Below, in pieces: positions 1-12,501 of a DNA stretch of 64,000 nucleotides. Source of the stretch: an uncultured delta proteobacterium (lineage in GTDB: Bacteria > Desulfobacterota > Binatia > DP-6); NCBI GenBank assembly GCA_963851365.1, contig CAWKPA010000001.1, positions 167,013-231,012 of the forward strand, given 5' to 3'. A model generated the notes under the pieces. That model was given only the letters and a program-made list of their open reading frames with translations. It did no database searches and was not told the DNA's origin. The position numbers were made by a program, and so were the translations under genes. Every line of letters begins with the position of its first letter. The first letter of the stretch is position 1.

Positions 1-75
1 CAGGTCGCATGGACACGCTTGACATGGTGCGGCATAAGCCCCGATCCTCTAGGCTCAGCGAGGGAGGTCACGACG

Positions 76-1936
<1,861 letters not shown>

Positions 1937-2033
1937 CGGCGCCGGGCGGTCGGGGCCCTCGTCGGCAGGGTGCACTCGCGAGGGGCGACAGCAGCGGTTG
2001 GTCTCCGGCCCGCGTCGTGCGATCTTCCAGGCG

Positions 2034-4800
2034 ATGACGACCCGGCCAACGGGGATCGTGACGTTTCTGTTGACCGACGTCGAAGGATCGACCGGCGCGT
2101 GGGAGGCGCATCCGGAGGCCATGGCGCGGGCGATGGCGCGCCACGATGCGATCGTCCGGGCGGTGGTCGAAGCCCACGGCGGCTACGTGTTCTCGACCGC
2201 CGGCGACGCGTTCGCGGCCGCGTTCACGAGCGCGACCGACGCCGCCCGCGCGGCGGTCGGCATACAGCGCGCCCTGCGCGACGAGCCATGGCCCCCACCC
2301 CTCGCAGTGCGCGTCCGCATCGGCCTCCACACCGGGGCCGCCGTCGAGCGTGACGGGGACTACTTCGGCCCGACCGTCAACCGCGCGGCTCGGATCATGG
2401 CAGCGGGCCACGGCGGACAAGTCTTGGCGAGTGTTGCGACCACGCGACTGCTCGACGCCGCCGCCTGCAGCCTCGGCGACCTCGGCGAACACCGCCTCCG
2501 CGACCTCGACGGCATCGAGCACCTCATGCAGATAGGCGCGGCGGATATCTGCCGGCGACGTTTCCACCGCTCCGGACGGTGGACCGCTACGAGAGCACCC
2601 TCCCCGCACAACGGTCGACGTTCATCGGTCGGGATGACGAATGCCGCCGGATCGGTCAGCTCGTGGCGACGCACCGGCTCGTCACCCTGACGGGTGTCGG
2701 CGGCACGGGGAAGACACGGCTCGCCATCGAAGTCGCGCATGCCGGCGCGGACGACGCCCCGGATGGGATGTTCTTCGTGGACCTCGCGCGGATCGCGGAC
2801 GAGGCGCTGGTCTGGGAGACCGTCGCCGCCGGCATCAACTTCACGCCCGACGCCGGGGCGCCCGTGGCCCCCCAGATCGTGCGGCGCCTACGATCGCGGC
2901 GCGCACTGCTGGTCGTCGACAACTGCGAACACGTCATCGACGAGGCGGCCGCCGCCATAGACGACCTCCTCGCGGCGTGTCCGACCCTGCGGGTGCTCGC
3001 GACCAGCCGCGAGGCGCTCGGCATCGACGGCGAGCAGGTGCACGCCGTCCGGCCGCTCTCGACCGCCACGGCGGACGGACGGGCGAGCCCCGCCGTGCGG
3101 CTCTTCCTCGAGCGCGCGACCGCGGCCGGCGCTACCACCCTCGGCGCCGCCGACCTCCCGGCGATTCACGAGATCTGCATCCGTCTCGACGGGCTCCCCC
3201 TCGCCATCGAACTCGCGGCCGGGCGCCTCGGACTGCTTTCACCGGGCGAGATCCTGGCCCGGCTCCAAGACCGCTTTCGGCTCCTGACCGGCGGGCGACG
3301 TGGCAAGCGCAACCGCCAGCGCACGCTCGAGGAGACCATCGCGTGGAGCTACGACTCGCTCGACGAGAGCGAGCAGAGCTTGCTGCGCCAGCTCTCGGTG
3401 TTCCCCAGTGCGTTCGACCTGGCGCGCGCGAGCACCGTCGCCGCACGCGACGAGCGAGAGACGCTCGATGCGCTCGATGGCTCGTCGCGCGGTCGTTGGT
3501 CCAGACAGAGCGCCGCGACCCGACGACAACGCGCTATCGGCTGCTCGAGACGATCCGTGAGTATGCGCAGGCCCGTCTGGTCGCGGCCGGCGACGGCGAC
3601 GATGTCCGGCGACGTCACCTCGTCGACACCATCGCGCGGATGGAAGCGGAGAGCGGCGCCTTCTGGATCATCACGCCGACCATGGACGACTTGCAGGACG
3701 ACGTGCTGACGGCCCTCGACCGCGCGGACGCGGCGGGCGAGCACGACCTGCTCGTCAGACTCGCCGCCGCAGCCCGCGCCCTCTTCCCATCGCGCGGGCT
3801 ACTGGGCCCTGGCAGGACGTGGCTGGACCGGGCGCTCGAGCTCGCATCCGAGGAACGCCGCGGCGCGGTCCTCGTCGGTCTCGCGGGCCTCGAAATGATC
3901 CGCAGCAGATTCGGCGCGATGGCCCGGTACGCCCGAGACGCGCGCCCTCTCGTCGCGGGCGACCCGCCCCTCGAAGCCGAAGCCCTTTTCTACGAGCTGC
4001 TCTTCACCACGTATGCCGACCCGGCGGGCGCCGCGCGGCACGTCGCGCGTGCCCGGGAGCTTCTGGACGGAGGACTGCCACGAGACCATGCCGCCCTGCT
4101 GCTCGTGGCCGTGGGCGCCCATCACCTCTGGCTCGAGGCGGACGACCAGGCGATCACGGCCTTCGCCGAGGCCCGCGGCTTCGCCCGCGGGCAGGGAACT
4201 GCCGGCTCGATCGCCGAGGCGGGATTCCTGCTCGGTCTCGTCCTGGCAAACCGGCCGGACGAGATCGACGGTTTCCTGCGCACGAACGAGGGGGCTCCGC
4301 ACCGCCGCGAGTGGCGAGAGCATGCTCGACGCGGCCAACAATGGAACATCGCGGCGGAGTTGGCCGTCGCGACCGCCATGTCCACACGAGGCGACCACGC
4401 GGGCGCACGCCGGCTGGTGGCGGACCTGCATCTGCTCGTCGGGCGCGACCGCGTCTCGGGCATCGATGCAGACCTCCTCGTCACCCTCGCGGCGATCCGC
4501 CTCGCCGAAGGCGACCAGGCCCGGGCGTGCGTGCTCCTCACCGACACCGTGTGGACCGGACGCACCCCGCCAACGACGTCCAACGCGTACCGAACCCTGG
4601 CAGCCGCCACGGGCGCTGGCACCCGTGACACCGTGGCCTGGCGTTCCACCGAACTGATGCGCCGCTTCGCAATGGATCACGCCGCCCTCGACGAGAACAC
4701 CCGGCGCATGCTCGACGACGAGCTCGCGGCGCTCGGGCTCGTCACGGCGGGCGTCGCGCCGGCGCGCAAGGATCGAGAGCGACTCGACGCCGTCGAGTAG
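2034..4800 (+). CDS. Adenylate/guanylate cyclase + P-loop ATPase (AfsR/STAND-like) + helical C-terminus (frameshifted)
   Basis: Cyclase motifs FLLTDVEGST, GDAF and VNRAARI; Walker A GVGGTGKT; LLVVDNCEH; LDGLPLAIELAA; YRLLETIREY. Shifts at about 2548 and 3480. Confidence 0.85.
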
Positions 4801-4925
4801 GAACGACCAAGCTCCGGCGGCGCGGCGGAGGATCATCGCGTCGCGATAGCGACACCGCATGCCGTGCGGGAGAGGGCCCCTCGGCCTTGACGTCGGGGCG
4901 CCCTGGGCGGCATGGCCTGGGAGCA

Positions 4926-5636
4926 ATGCGACCATCCGCCTTGCTACTCGCGTTCGTCCTGCACGTGCTGCTCTGCGACCCGGCTCGTGCCCTCGACGAG
5001 TGGCTCTCGCTGGGCAGTAAGCACTGGGCGCCCTCGGTCACCAAGAAGTCGGGCATCGGGACGGCGCGCGCCGTCGCCGAGGCGCGGGTGACGCGCGCGG
5101 AGATCGAAGGGTGGTGCGCGAACTGGAGTCCGAACGACGCGGGGTGCGTCGAGCGCGAGCTGGCCTCCGCCCCGGCCAGGAAGACGTATCGCGCCAGCGC
5201 AGACTGCACGCACGGGCGTATCACGGCCGTGGACGGCGAGACCTACACCTTGGATGGAACGTGGGACGACAGCGATGTCGGCGGCGGCCGCACGCGGTGG
5301 CGCGATGCGGCGGGCACGATTGTGGGGCGTGACAACGCCAGCGGCGGCCTCGGCATCTCGCAACAGTGGGAGGTGTTGTGTCCCGGTCCGGTACGAGCCT
5401 CACGGGGAGCGAGCGCCGGCGCCCGGCCGCCGGTCGCGGTTCCCCCGGTCGCGGAGTTCGCGGTCGGGCAGGTGGTCGAGGCCAAGTACGGCCGCGACTG
5501 GGTGCGCGGCCGGATCAGCCAGGTTCGGCAGGTGTCGAGCCCCCGAGGCCCGGCTGTGGAATACGACGTCCGCCTCGACAACGGCCAGCGTGGCATCCTG
5601 CCGCCGCGAATGGTGCGGAAGCCGTCGCAGCGCTAG
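4926..5636 (+). CDS. Secreted hypothetical protein with C-terminal Tudor/SH3-like domain
   Basis: Signal peptide MRPSALLLAFVLHVLL; Cys-containing core; C-terminal FAVGQVVEAKYGRDWVRGRI...YDVRLDNG. Confidence 0.65.
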   Translation: MRPSALLLAFVLHVLLCDPARALDEWLSLGSKHWAPSVTKKSGIGTARAVAEARVTRAEIEGWCANWSPNDAGCVERELASAPARKTYRASADCTHGRITAVDGETYTLDGTWDDSDVGGGRTRWRDAAGTIVGRDNASGGLGISQQWEVLCPGPVRASRGASAGARPPVAVPPVAEFAVGQVVEAKYGRDWVRGRISQVRQVSSPRGPAVEYDVRLDNGQRGILPPRMVRKPSQR

Positions 5637-5767
5637 CCGCGGAGTCCGCCGGATACTTACGCTCGGCTTTGCCGACGTGGATGGGAGAAACCGGTGCGCC
5701 ACCCTTCAACCGCGACTGCTGCCGAAGGGGAGGAAGGGAGCGGTGCGGGCGCCGTAGCGCCCCTTCG

Positions 5768-6343
5768 TCAGCGTCGGGGTCGTACCGTGCGGCCGATGAA
5801 GTAGCCGCCGCCGCGGTACCAGGGGCCGCCCACGCCCCAGCCGACGCCGCCGCCCCAACCCCAGCCGGGGTAGCCCCAGCCCCAGCCGTATGGATACGCC
5901 ATCGGGCGCACCAGTTCGCGCTTCGGCCAGAGGTAGACCGTCTCGGCGCGCACTTTCGCGAACGAGTAGTTGGCGTCGCCCACCTTGCCCGGTGCGACGG
6001 GCTCCACGGTGCCAACGACCGTGACGTCGCGGCCGGCGGCGTAGATCGCGGGGTCGTAGAAGCCCGGCGCGCAGGCCAGGAAGCGGCCGAAGCTGTCGTC
6101 GCCGACGCCGGGCCGGGCCTGGCGATCGAGCGTCTTGCTGACGATCTCGAAGCAGGTCTCCGACGCCTCCGGGGCGGCATGGACGATCTCGCCGCCCCAT
6201 CGCACCCGCTCTCCGACCCCGGTGTCCCGCTGGGCGTCCGCCACCGTGAGGGGCGGATAGGTGCCGCGCAAGGCCGCGGGCGGCCGGGCACACCCTGCCA
6301 GGGACGCCGCCGCCAACACCAGAACCGACAAGCTACGGATCAC
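5768..6343 (-). CDS. Slp family outer-membrane lipoprotein
   Basis: Lipobox LAGC; motifs VRWGGEI, GRFLA, GFYDPAIY and GRDVTVVG; G/W/Y-rich tail. The GTG start is inferred. Confidence 0.85.
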   Translation of the reverse strand: MIRSLSVLVLAAASLAGCARPPAALRGTYPPLTVADAQRDTGVGERVRWGGEIVHAAPEASETCFEIVSKTLDRQARPGVGDDSFGRFLACAPGFYDPAIYAAGRDVTVVGTVEPVAPGKVGDANYSFAKVRAETVYLWPKRELVRPMAYPYGWGWGYPGWGWGGGVGWGVGGPWYRGGGYFIGRTVRPRR

Positions 6344-6347
6344 GGGC

Positions 6348-6758
6348 TCACTCCTCCCGGCCTGGGGGCCGGCGCATCGCCTTCTTCGCCGTCTGGGCAT
6401 GCTTGGCGGCGAGCATCTTCTCCTGCGCGCGCCGCGACCGCCGCCGCTTCTGGCGGCGGACCTTCGCGATCTCGTGGGCGCGCGCGCTCGCCTCCCCGCG
6501 CAGGCGCGCCTCGAGTTCGTCCGCGAGACGCCGGCGAGCCAGGAAGCGGTTCATCGCCTGCGTCCGCGTCTCCTGGCACTTCACCACGATGCCGCTGGGC
6601 AGATGCCGCAGCACGACGCACGTGGCGACCTTGTTCACGTTCTGGCCCCCGCGGCCCGCGGATCGCACGAAGCGTTCGTCGACATCGTCGTCGCGGATGC
6701 CGAGCGCCGCGAGCCGCGCGAACAGCGCCCGCTCTTTGTCCACCGAAACGGGAAACAT
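6348..6758 (-). CDS. arfB: ArfB-like peptidyl-tRNA hydrolase (RF-1 GGQ domain)
   Basis: [26 protein letters not shown] and a basic C-terminal tail. Confidence 0.8.
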   Translation of the reverse strand: MFPVSVDKERALFARLAALGIRDDDVDERFVRSAGRGGQNVNKVATCVVLRHLPSGIVVKCQETRTQAMNRFLARRRLADELEARLRGEASARAHEIAKVRRQKRRRSRRAQEKMLAAKHAQTAKKAMRRPPGREE

Positions 6759-6818
6759 CTGAGCCGCGCCGACGTTACATCACGACGGCATCGGATGCAG
6801 CTCACCCGATCGCCCGGC

Positions 6819-8618
6819 TCAGCTCCCGGGAACGATCCGGTATACCTCGCCCTGACCGGCCACGCCGCTGCCGTAGTCGACGATGTACAGCTCGCCGCGG
6901 GCGTCCTCGCCGAACGAGCTGACGCCGCCGATCGTCAGGCCGCCGCCGGGCGCCAGGTCCGTCGTCCGATCCTGCTGGTTCTGCGCCAACCCGCCGGACA
7001 CGCCCCGGAAGGTGCGGATGAACGGCGTGCAGTAGTCGGAGTAGAAATACGTGCCGCGGAGATCGGGCATGCGGCACCCCCGATAGACGTAGCCGCCCGT
7101 CACGGAGCACCCCTGACCCCGGCCGTAGGCGAGCACCGGGAAGGTGAGACCGGCCTGGCCGGTACAGGGCCCCTCGTAGCACGCGTTGCCCTCGTAGAGG
7201 TCCCACCCGTAGTTTTCGCCTCCGGCGCTCGACCCCGGCCGGACGTTGACTTCCTCCCAGGCATTCTGCCCGACGTCGGCGATGTAGAGGTCGCCGGTGG
7301 CCCGGTCGAAGCTCCAGCGCCACGGATTCCGCAGGCCGTACGACCAGATCTCGTCGAGACCGGCGCGGCCCACGAACGGGTTCGACGGCGGGACGGTGTA
7401 CGTCGGGGCGTTCACGTCGATCCGGAGCATCTTGCCGAGGAGCGAATTCAGGTTCTCCGCGTAGTCCTCGGGATCGCCACCCGAGCCGCCGTCGCCGAGG
7501 CCGAAGTAGAGGTAGCCGTCGCGCCCGAACGCGATGTGGCCGCCGTTGTGGTTCGAGTACGGCTGGTTCACGCTCAGCACCAGCGTGCCGCCCGGATTGG
7601 CGACGTCGGGGTTGCCGCTCACCGTGTAACGACGGATCTCCGTGTTGCCGCTCCCGTTGGTGAAGCTCAGATAGAAGCGCCCGCTGGTCTCGTAGTCGGG
7701 GGCGAAGGCCATGCCGAGCAGTCCGCGCTCCCCGCAGCAGGAGACGCTGCCCGACACGTTGATGAACGGGGTCGGCAGAAGCACGTCGTTCTTGAGCACG
7801 CGAACCGCGCCGCCCTGCTCCACGATGAACTGCCGGCTGACGTCGCGCGGGGGCGCCGTCACCAGGAGCGGCCGGGTGAGGCCGCTCGCCACCCGCACCG
7901 AGTCGAGCGCGGTGCCGGAGACGGTGGGCACGCCGGCGCACACGTCGCCGGCGCTCTCGATACGGCACGTCGACGAGCACCCGTCGCCGCCCGTCGTGTT
8001 GCCGTCGTCGCACTCCTCGACGCCTTCGAGCTCGCCGTTGCCACAGACCGGCTGCGGCTCGCTGCAGCTCGCCAGCGCCGGCGCCAGCTTGGCCTTTACC
8101 TTGCCCGGCGCGTTGACGTCGAAGGTGTCGAAGCGGGCGCAGTAGGTGTCGCGGCCGAGCACCAGCCGCACGTCGACGGCGCCCTGCGGCTGGGTGACGG
8201 CGAAGGGCCAATCGCTGCCGCCGCCGGCGAGCGCGAGGAGTCCGCCCCGTGCCCCCGGGCGAAGGATCACGGTCTTGATGCCCTGGCTGCGGCTCCGGTC
8301 GTTGAAGCGGTAGCCCTTGCTCCCGGCAGGCTTTCCCAAGCCGGTCCACGACGCGGCGGGCAGCGTGATGGCTCCGGTGGCGCCGTCTCCCAGATTGCTC
8401 CCGAACACCTCCAGGGTCGCGCCGACCGCGCGCGGGTCGTCGCCACTGGTGGGGTCGATCGCCGGATCCTTGCTGGCTTTGAACCGGACGCTGCGGGCCG
8501 CCGCCTTGCCAGCCGGATCCTTCAGGACCAGCCGGTCACCGGCGACCGGACGGTCGGCGGCGAGGACCGCGGCGGTGAACGTGACAGCGAGCGAAACGAC
8601 GGCGGACCTGATACGCAT
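6819..8618 (-). CDS. Secreted PQQ-dependent sugar dehydrogenase (GSDH beta-propeller) with Cys-rich repeat and N-terminal accessory domain
   Basis: Signal peptide; CGNG..EECDDGN..GDGCS..C repeat; ERGLLGMAF, NHNGGHIAFG, GDGGS and YGLRNPWR. Confidence 0.88.
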   Translation of the reverse strand: MRIRSAVVSLAVTFTAAVLAADRPVAGDRLVLKDPAGKAAARSVRFKASKDPAIDPTSGDDPRAVGATLEVFGSNLGDGATGAITLPAASWTGLGKPAGSKGYRFNDRSRSQGIKTVILRPGARGGLLALAGGGSDWPFAVTQPQGAVDVRLVLGRDTYCARFDTFDVNAPGKVKAKLAPALASCSEPQPVCGNGELEGVEECDDGNTTGGDGCSSTCRIESAGDVCAGVPTVSGTALDSVRVASGLTRPLLVTAPPRDVSRQFIVEQGGAVRVLKNDVLLPTPFINVSGSVSCCGERGLLGMAFAPDYETSGRFYLSFTNGSGNTEIRRYTVSGNPDVANPGGTLVLSVNQPYSNHNGGHIAFGRDGYLYFGLGDGGSGGDPEDYAENLNSLLGKMLRIDVNAPTYTVPPSNPFVGRAGLDEIWSYGLRNPWRWSFDRATGDLYIADVGQNAWEEVNVRPGSSAGGENYGWDLYEGNACYEGPCTGQAGLTFPVLAYGRGQGCSVTGGYVYRGCRMPDLRGTYFYSDYCTPFIRTFRGVSGGLAQNQQDRTTDLAPGGGLTIGGVSSFGEDARGELYIVDYGSGVAGQGEVYRIVPGS

Positions 8619-8777
8619 TCAATGTCCTTTACCCGGCGGCGGGCGGCCGGACCAGGTAACCAACCCGCGCCGCCCGGGTCAATGGACCGTTGGGGCGGCC
8701 AATCGGGCACCGCTGCACGCCAGCCACCGGCCACGCCGCGGGTATCGAGCGGGCCCGCTTTCCGATAGAGCAGTCGC

Positions 8778-9617
8778 ATGCGATTCCGCCGGCGGCGCCT
8801 GGCCCTCGCCGCCGTACTCGTGGCGGCGTCCGCCGCCCGGGGGCCCGCCGCGGATCCGGCGACCCTGCGCTTCCTGCGGGACGGGGGTGAGGTGGCCCGC
8901 TTCGACCTCGCGACGCTGCGCCAGCGCTGCGGGTCACAGACGATCACGGTCGACGACCCCTACTACGAGCGCCGAGTCCGGTATCTGGCCTGTCCCCTCG
9001 ACGCCGTGCTGCGCCTCGGGTTCGGCACGGACCCCGCGGCGATCCCCGGCGGCGATGTCCTGTTTCGCGCCCGCGACGGCTACGTGCGGCCGGCCAGCGC
9101 GGCGCGTCTCGCCGAGGCGGGCGGTTTCATCGCCTTCGCGGAGGCGGATCGCGGCGCCGGTTTCGCGCCGCTCGGACGCAAGGGCGTCGATCCCGGCCCG
9201 TTCTACGTCGTGTGGACGGGCGCGGCGCAACGCGACCCGCACGCCTATCCGTGGCCTTACCAGCTCGACGCGATCGAGATCACCGATCTGAATCGACGCT
9301 ACCCGCACATGGTGCCGCGGGACGTCCCGCGCACCGCGCCGGCCTGGGCGGGGTTCGAAGTCTTCCGGTCGACGTGCCTCGCCTGCCACGCCATCAACGG
9401 CGAGGGCGGGACCGTCGGACCGGACCTGAACGTGCCCCTCAGCGTCGTCGAGTACCGTCCCGTCGACCAGCTGAAGCGCTACATCCGCAACCCAGCCGCG
9501 TTCCGCTACGGGAACATGCCGCCACAGGCTCACCTGACGGACCGCGACCTGGATGCCCTCATCGCCTACTTCGAGGTGATGAGGACGCAGAAGCACGATC
9601 CGGGACCACGGTCATGA
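8778..9617 (+). CDS. Exported c-type cytochrome with N-terminal degenerate SUOX/molybdopterin-oxidoreductase-like domain
   Basis: Signal peptide; heme motif CLACH with downstream MP ligand; N-domain motifs FRARDGY, GPFYVVW and WPYQLDAIEI. Confidence 0.75.
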   Translation: MRFRRRRLALAAVLVAASAARGPAADPATLRFLRDGGEVARFDLATLRQRCGSQTITVDDPYYERRVRYLACPLDAVLRLGFGTDPAAIPGGDVLFRARDGYVRPASAARLAEAGGFIAFAEADRGAGFAPLGRKGVDPGPFYVVWTGAAQRDPHAYPWPYQLDAIEITDLNRRYPHMVPRDVPRTAPAWAGFEVFRSTCLACHAINGEGGTVGPDLNVPLSVVEYRPVDQLKRYIRNPAAFRYGNMPPQAHLTDRDLDALIAYFEVMRTQKHDPGPRS

Positions 9618-10723
9618 TGCCGCGCATCCACGGGACGCTGCTCGCCGTCGAGGCCCGGCCGATCCACACCGTCCACGGCCGGTTCCGCGCCCATCGCTTC
9701 CACGATCTCGCCACCGGCCGGCCGGCGCTGGCGCTCGCCGCGGGCCGCCTCGGAGGTCGCGAACCGGTGATCGCCCGAGTCCATTCGTCGTGCGTCACCA
9801 GCGAGGTCTACGGCGCCTGCGACTGCGACTGCGCCGAGCAGCTGGACGCCGCGCTCGCCACCATCGCGCGCGTGGGGCGGGGCGTGCTGTTCTACCTCCT
9901 GCAAGAAGGGCGCGGGGCCGGGTTCACCGCCAAGGCGCTCGACCGCATGCTGGTGCAGGCCAGCGGGAACCGGCTCACCACCTTCGAGGCCTATGAGCGC
10001 CTCGGGCTCGGTCACGACCACCGGCGGTACGAGCAGGTCGCGTTCGCCTGTCGGCTCCTCGGGATCACCGCCCCCCTGCGACTGCTGAGCAACAACCCGG
10101 ACAAGCTCGCGGAGCTGCGGGTTGCGGGGGTGCGCATCAGTGGCCGGCGCCCGCTCGCGGTGGACGCTTCGCCGTTCAGCGCGCACTATCTCGACGCGAA
10201 ATCGCGCTCGGGGCACCTGTTGCCGGAGGGCGACGCCGAGGCCGCCTCCCTGCCCGAACCGGTCACCTTTCGCCGGCCGCGCCCGTTGCGCGGCGCACCG
10301 CGCTTCCTGGAACTGGCATCGTACCTGCTGCCGCTGCGCGCGCCGGCGCCGGCGTGGTTTCGGCTGCACCTCTATCTGGACGTCGAGACCCGTCAGGAGC
10401 GTGTCGTCCTGGCGCTCGCACGCGGGCGGCGCAGCGGTCGCCTCCCGCTGGTGCACGTGCAGCGTGACGCCCTGCTGGACCGGATTCCCGTGCGGCGGCG
10501 CGGCCCGGCCCGGGCGTGGGAGCAGGTACGCGCCGACATCGCGCGGCACGGCGCCGGCTGCGCGCTCTTCCTCCCCGAGGGCGACCCGGCCGACGCCGGG
10601 CTGGCGGCGCTGCTGGCGCGCCACGTGCGCGGCGGCCGGGCGCTCCCCACGGCAGGCCTCGAAGCCCCGATCGCCACCGGACTGGCACGCGCCGGCATCC
10701 GGCTCGAGCGGGTCGCCGCGTGA
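9614..10723 (+). CDS. Atypical GTP cyclohydrolase II (RibA-like) with degenerate second domain
   Basis: RVHSSC..CDC Zn site, QEGRG, DxR and LLSNNPDK. ATGA overlap with the upstream gene. Confidence 0.85.
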   Translation: MMPRIHGTLLAVEARPIHTVHGRFRAHRFHDLATGRPALALAAGRLGGREPVIARVHSSCVTSEVYGACDCDCAEQLDAALATIARVGRGVLFYLLQEGRGAGFTAKALDRMLVQASGNRLTTFEAYERLGLGHDHRRYEQVAFACRLLGITAPLRLLSNNPDKLAELRVAGVRISGRRPLAVDASPFSAHYLDAKSRSGHLLPEGDAEAASLPEPVTFRRPRPLRGAPRFLELASYLLPLRAPAPAWFRLHLYLDVETRQERVVLALARGRRSGRLPLVHVQRDALLDRIPVRRRGPARAWEQVRADIARHGAGCALFLPEGDPADAGLAALLARHVRGGRALPTAGLEAPIATGLARAGIRLERVAA

Positions 10724-12501
10724 GATCCGCCGACTGGCACGAAGGGCACGCGAGCCTGGCAGCGCGGATCGCCGCCCTGCCGGGGATCGCCGCCGCCAGC
10801 GCGCGCGCCGACGCCACGGCGCTCGTCCTGCCGGGCTCGGTCGACCGCGTGGTCACGACCGGTATTGGCACCTCGGAGGCGCACGCGCGCGTCCTCGCGC
10901 AGGTCGTGAGCGAGCGGACCGGACGCGGCATCCGCTTCGTGCCAAGCAGCGCGCTTCTGGAGCCGGGACCCGAGCGAGCGGCCGAGACGTTGGTCGTGTT
11001 CTCGCAAGGCTTGTCCCCGAACGCATCGCTCGTGCTCGCGCACGCCGCACGGTGGCGTCACGTCGTGGTCGCGACAGCCGCCGCGGACGACGCCCGGCTC
11101 GCGCCGCTCCGCGATCGCGGCGTGACCGTGGTGCCGTTCGCGGGCACCGACGAATACGAGACCCTGGTGAGGGTCACCGGCGCCGTCACCGGCCACCTGT
11201 GCGCGCTGCGGCTGGCGCGCGCGTTGGGCGCCGACCTGCCGATCGACCCCGACCGGCTCGAGGGGGCCCTCGCCGGCGCGCCCGCGACGGCGGCCGGCGT
11301 CACCACGGCGATGCTCGCGGCGCCGCTCGCCTTCATCGTCTCGGGAACCTACGGCGAGCTGATCCTGAACCTGCGGCTCAAGGTACTCGAAGGCATGCTG
11401 CGGCCCCTGCCCCCGGCGTGGGACATCCTGCACCTCGCCCATGGGCCGTTCCAGCAGGCCGTGTCGGCTCCGGCGACCTTCCTCGCGCTCACGCGACCCG
11501 ACGCGGTCGACGAGGCGCCGTTGCTCGCCCGGTTCGAGGCGATGCTCGACCCCCGCCGGCATGCGCTGGTGCGACTGGCGGCCACGCTGCCCGGACCGCT
11601 CGCCGTGCTGGAGCACGAGATGGCGCTGAACGCCCTCCTGCTGCGCGACCTCGCGGACCGCGGCCTCGACCAGGTGCGTTGGCCGGGCCGCGGCGCCGAC
11701 GGCCCGCTCTACCGGCTCGCCGAGCTACCGGTCGCGCGACGCCTCGCGGCCTGCACGTGGGAGGAGGTGGCGGCGCTCGTCGCACAGGGCTGCCACACGG
11801 CGGTGCTCCCACTCGGCTCCACCGAGCAACACGGCCCGCACCTGCCGCTCGACACCGACACGGTCATCGGGGACGCGCTGGCCGAACGACTGTGCGCCGC
11901 CGTCGGCGACGCGGTGGCCTGTCCGACACTCCCGATCGGCTGCGCAACCGAGCACCTCGGGTTTCCCGGCACGCTCTCGCTGGAGCCCGCCACGCTCGTG
12001 GCCGTGGTGCGCGACGTCGTCTGCAGCCTCGCGCGCCACGGGGTGGCCCGCGTCTTCGTGTTCTCGGCGCACGGCGGCAACGCGGCCATGCTGGACGCGC
12101 TGGGCCCCGCGCTGCGGGACTGCCCGGTGCCGGTCGACGCCTTCACGGATCTCGACGCGCTCACCGCGGCGCTGCACGCCGAGAGCATCGCCGCGGGCGG
12201 GTCGGCCGCCGACGCCGGTCATCATGCCGGCGAGATCGAGACGTCGATCATGTTCGCGCTCGAGCCGGCGCGGGTGCGCACCCGCGCTCTCGCGCCGGGC
12301 CTGCTGAGCGAGACGAGAGCGCCGCAAACCCTTTTCTACCCGAACCTGCGCGCCAACGCCCCGGCCGGCGTGGTCGGCGACCCTCGTTCCGCGGATGCCG
12401 CGCGCGGCCTGCGTTACCTGCGCGTCTGGACGGCGTTGCTGGAAGCCGCGTATCGCGGCGAGAAGAAGAGCCACCACACCACCGGCACCCAGAAGGAGTA
12501 G
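10720..12501 (+). CDS. SIS (sugar isomerase)-like domains fused to a creatininase-family amidohydrolase
   Basis: SIS-like TTGIGTS, VFSQG and LKVLEG..LAHGP; creatininase EQHGPHLPLDTD, HGGN and HAGEIETS. GTGA overlap. Confidence 0.8.
   Translation: MRSADWHEGHASLAARIAALPGIAAASARADATALVLPGSVDRVVTTGIGTSEAHARVLAQVVSERTGRGIRFVPSSALLEPGPERAAETLVVFSQGLSPNASLVLAHAARWRHVVVATAAADDARLAPLRDRGVTVVPFAGTDEYETLVRVTGAVTGHLCALRLARALGADLPIDPDRLEGALAGAPATAAGVTTAMLAAPLAFIVSGTYGELILNLRLKVLEGMLRPLPPAWDILHLAHGPFQQAVSAPATFLALTRPDAVDEAPLLARFEAMLDPRRHALVRLAATLPGPLAVLEHEMALNALLLRDLADRGLDQVRWPGRGADGPLYRLAELPVARRLAACTWEEVAALVAQGCHTAVLPLGSTEQHGPHLPLDTDTVIGDALAERLCAAVGDAVACPTLPIGCATEHLGFPGTLSLEPATLVAVVRDVVCSLARHGVARVFVFSAHGGNAAMLDALGPALRDCPVPVDAFTDLDALTAALHAESIAAGGSAADAGHHAGEIETSIMFALEPARVRTRALAPGLLSETRAPQTLFYPNLRANAPAGVVGDPRSADAARGLRYLRVWTALLEAAYRGEKKSHHTTGTQKE

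Noticed and set aside
4810-4885. Run of short hairpins as a possible ncRNA
   Set aside because: The stems are only 5-6 bp, expected by chance at this GC content, and match no family I recognise.
10720-12501. Mycofactocin MftE
   Set aside because: No mftA/B/C nearby; the GCH II context fits a deformylase better.
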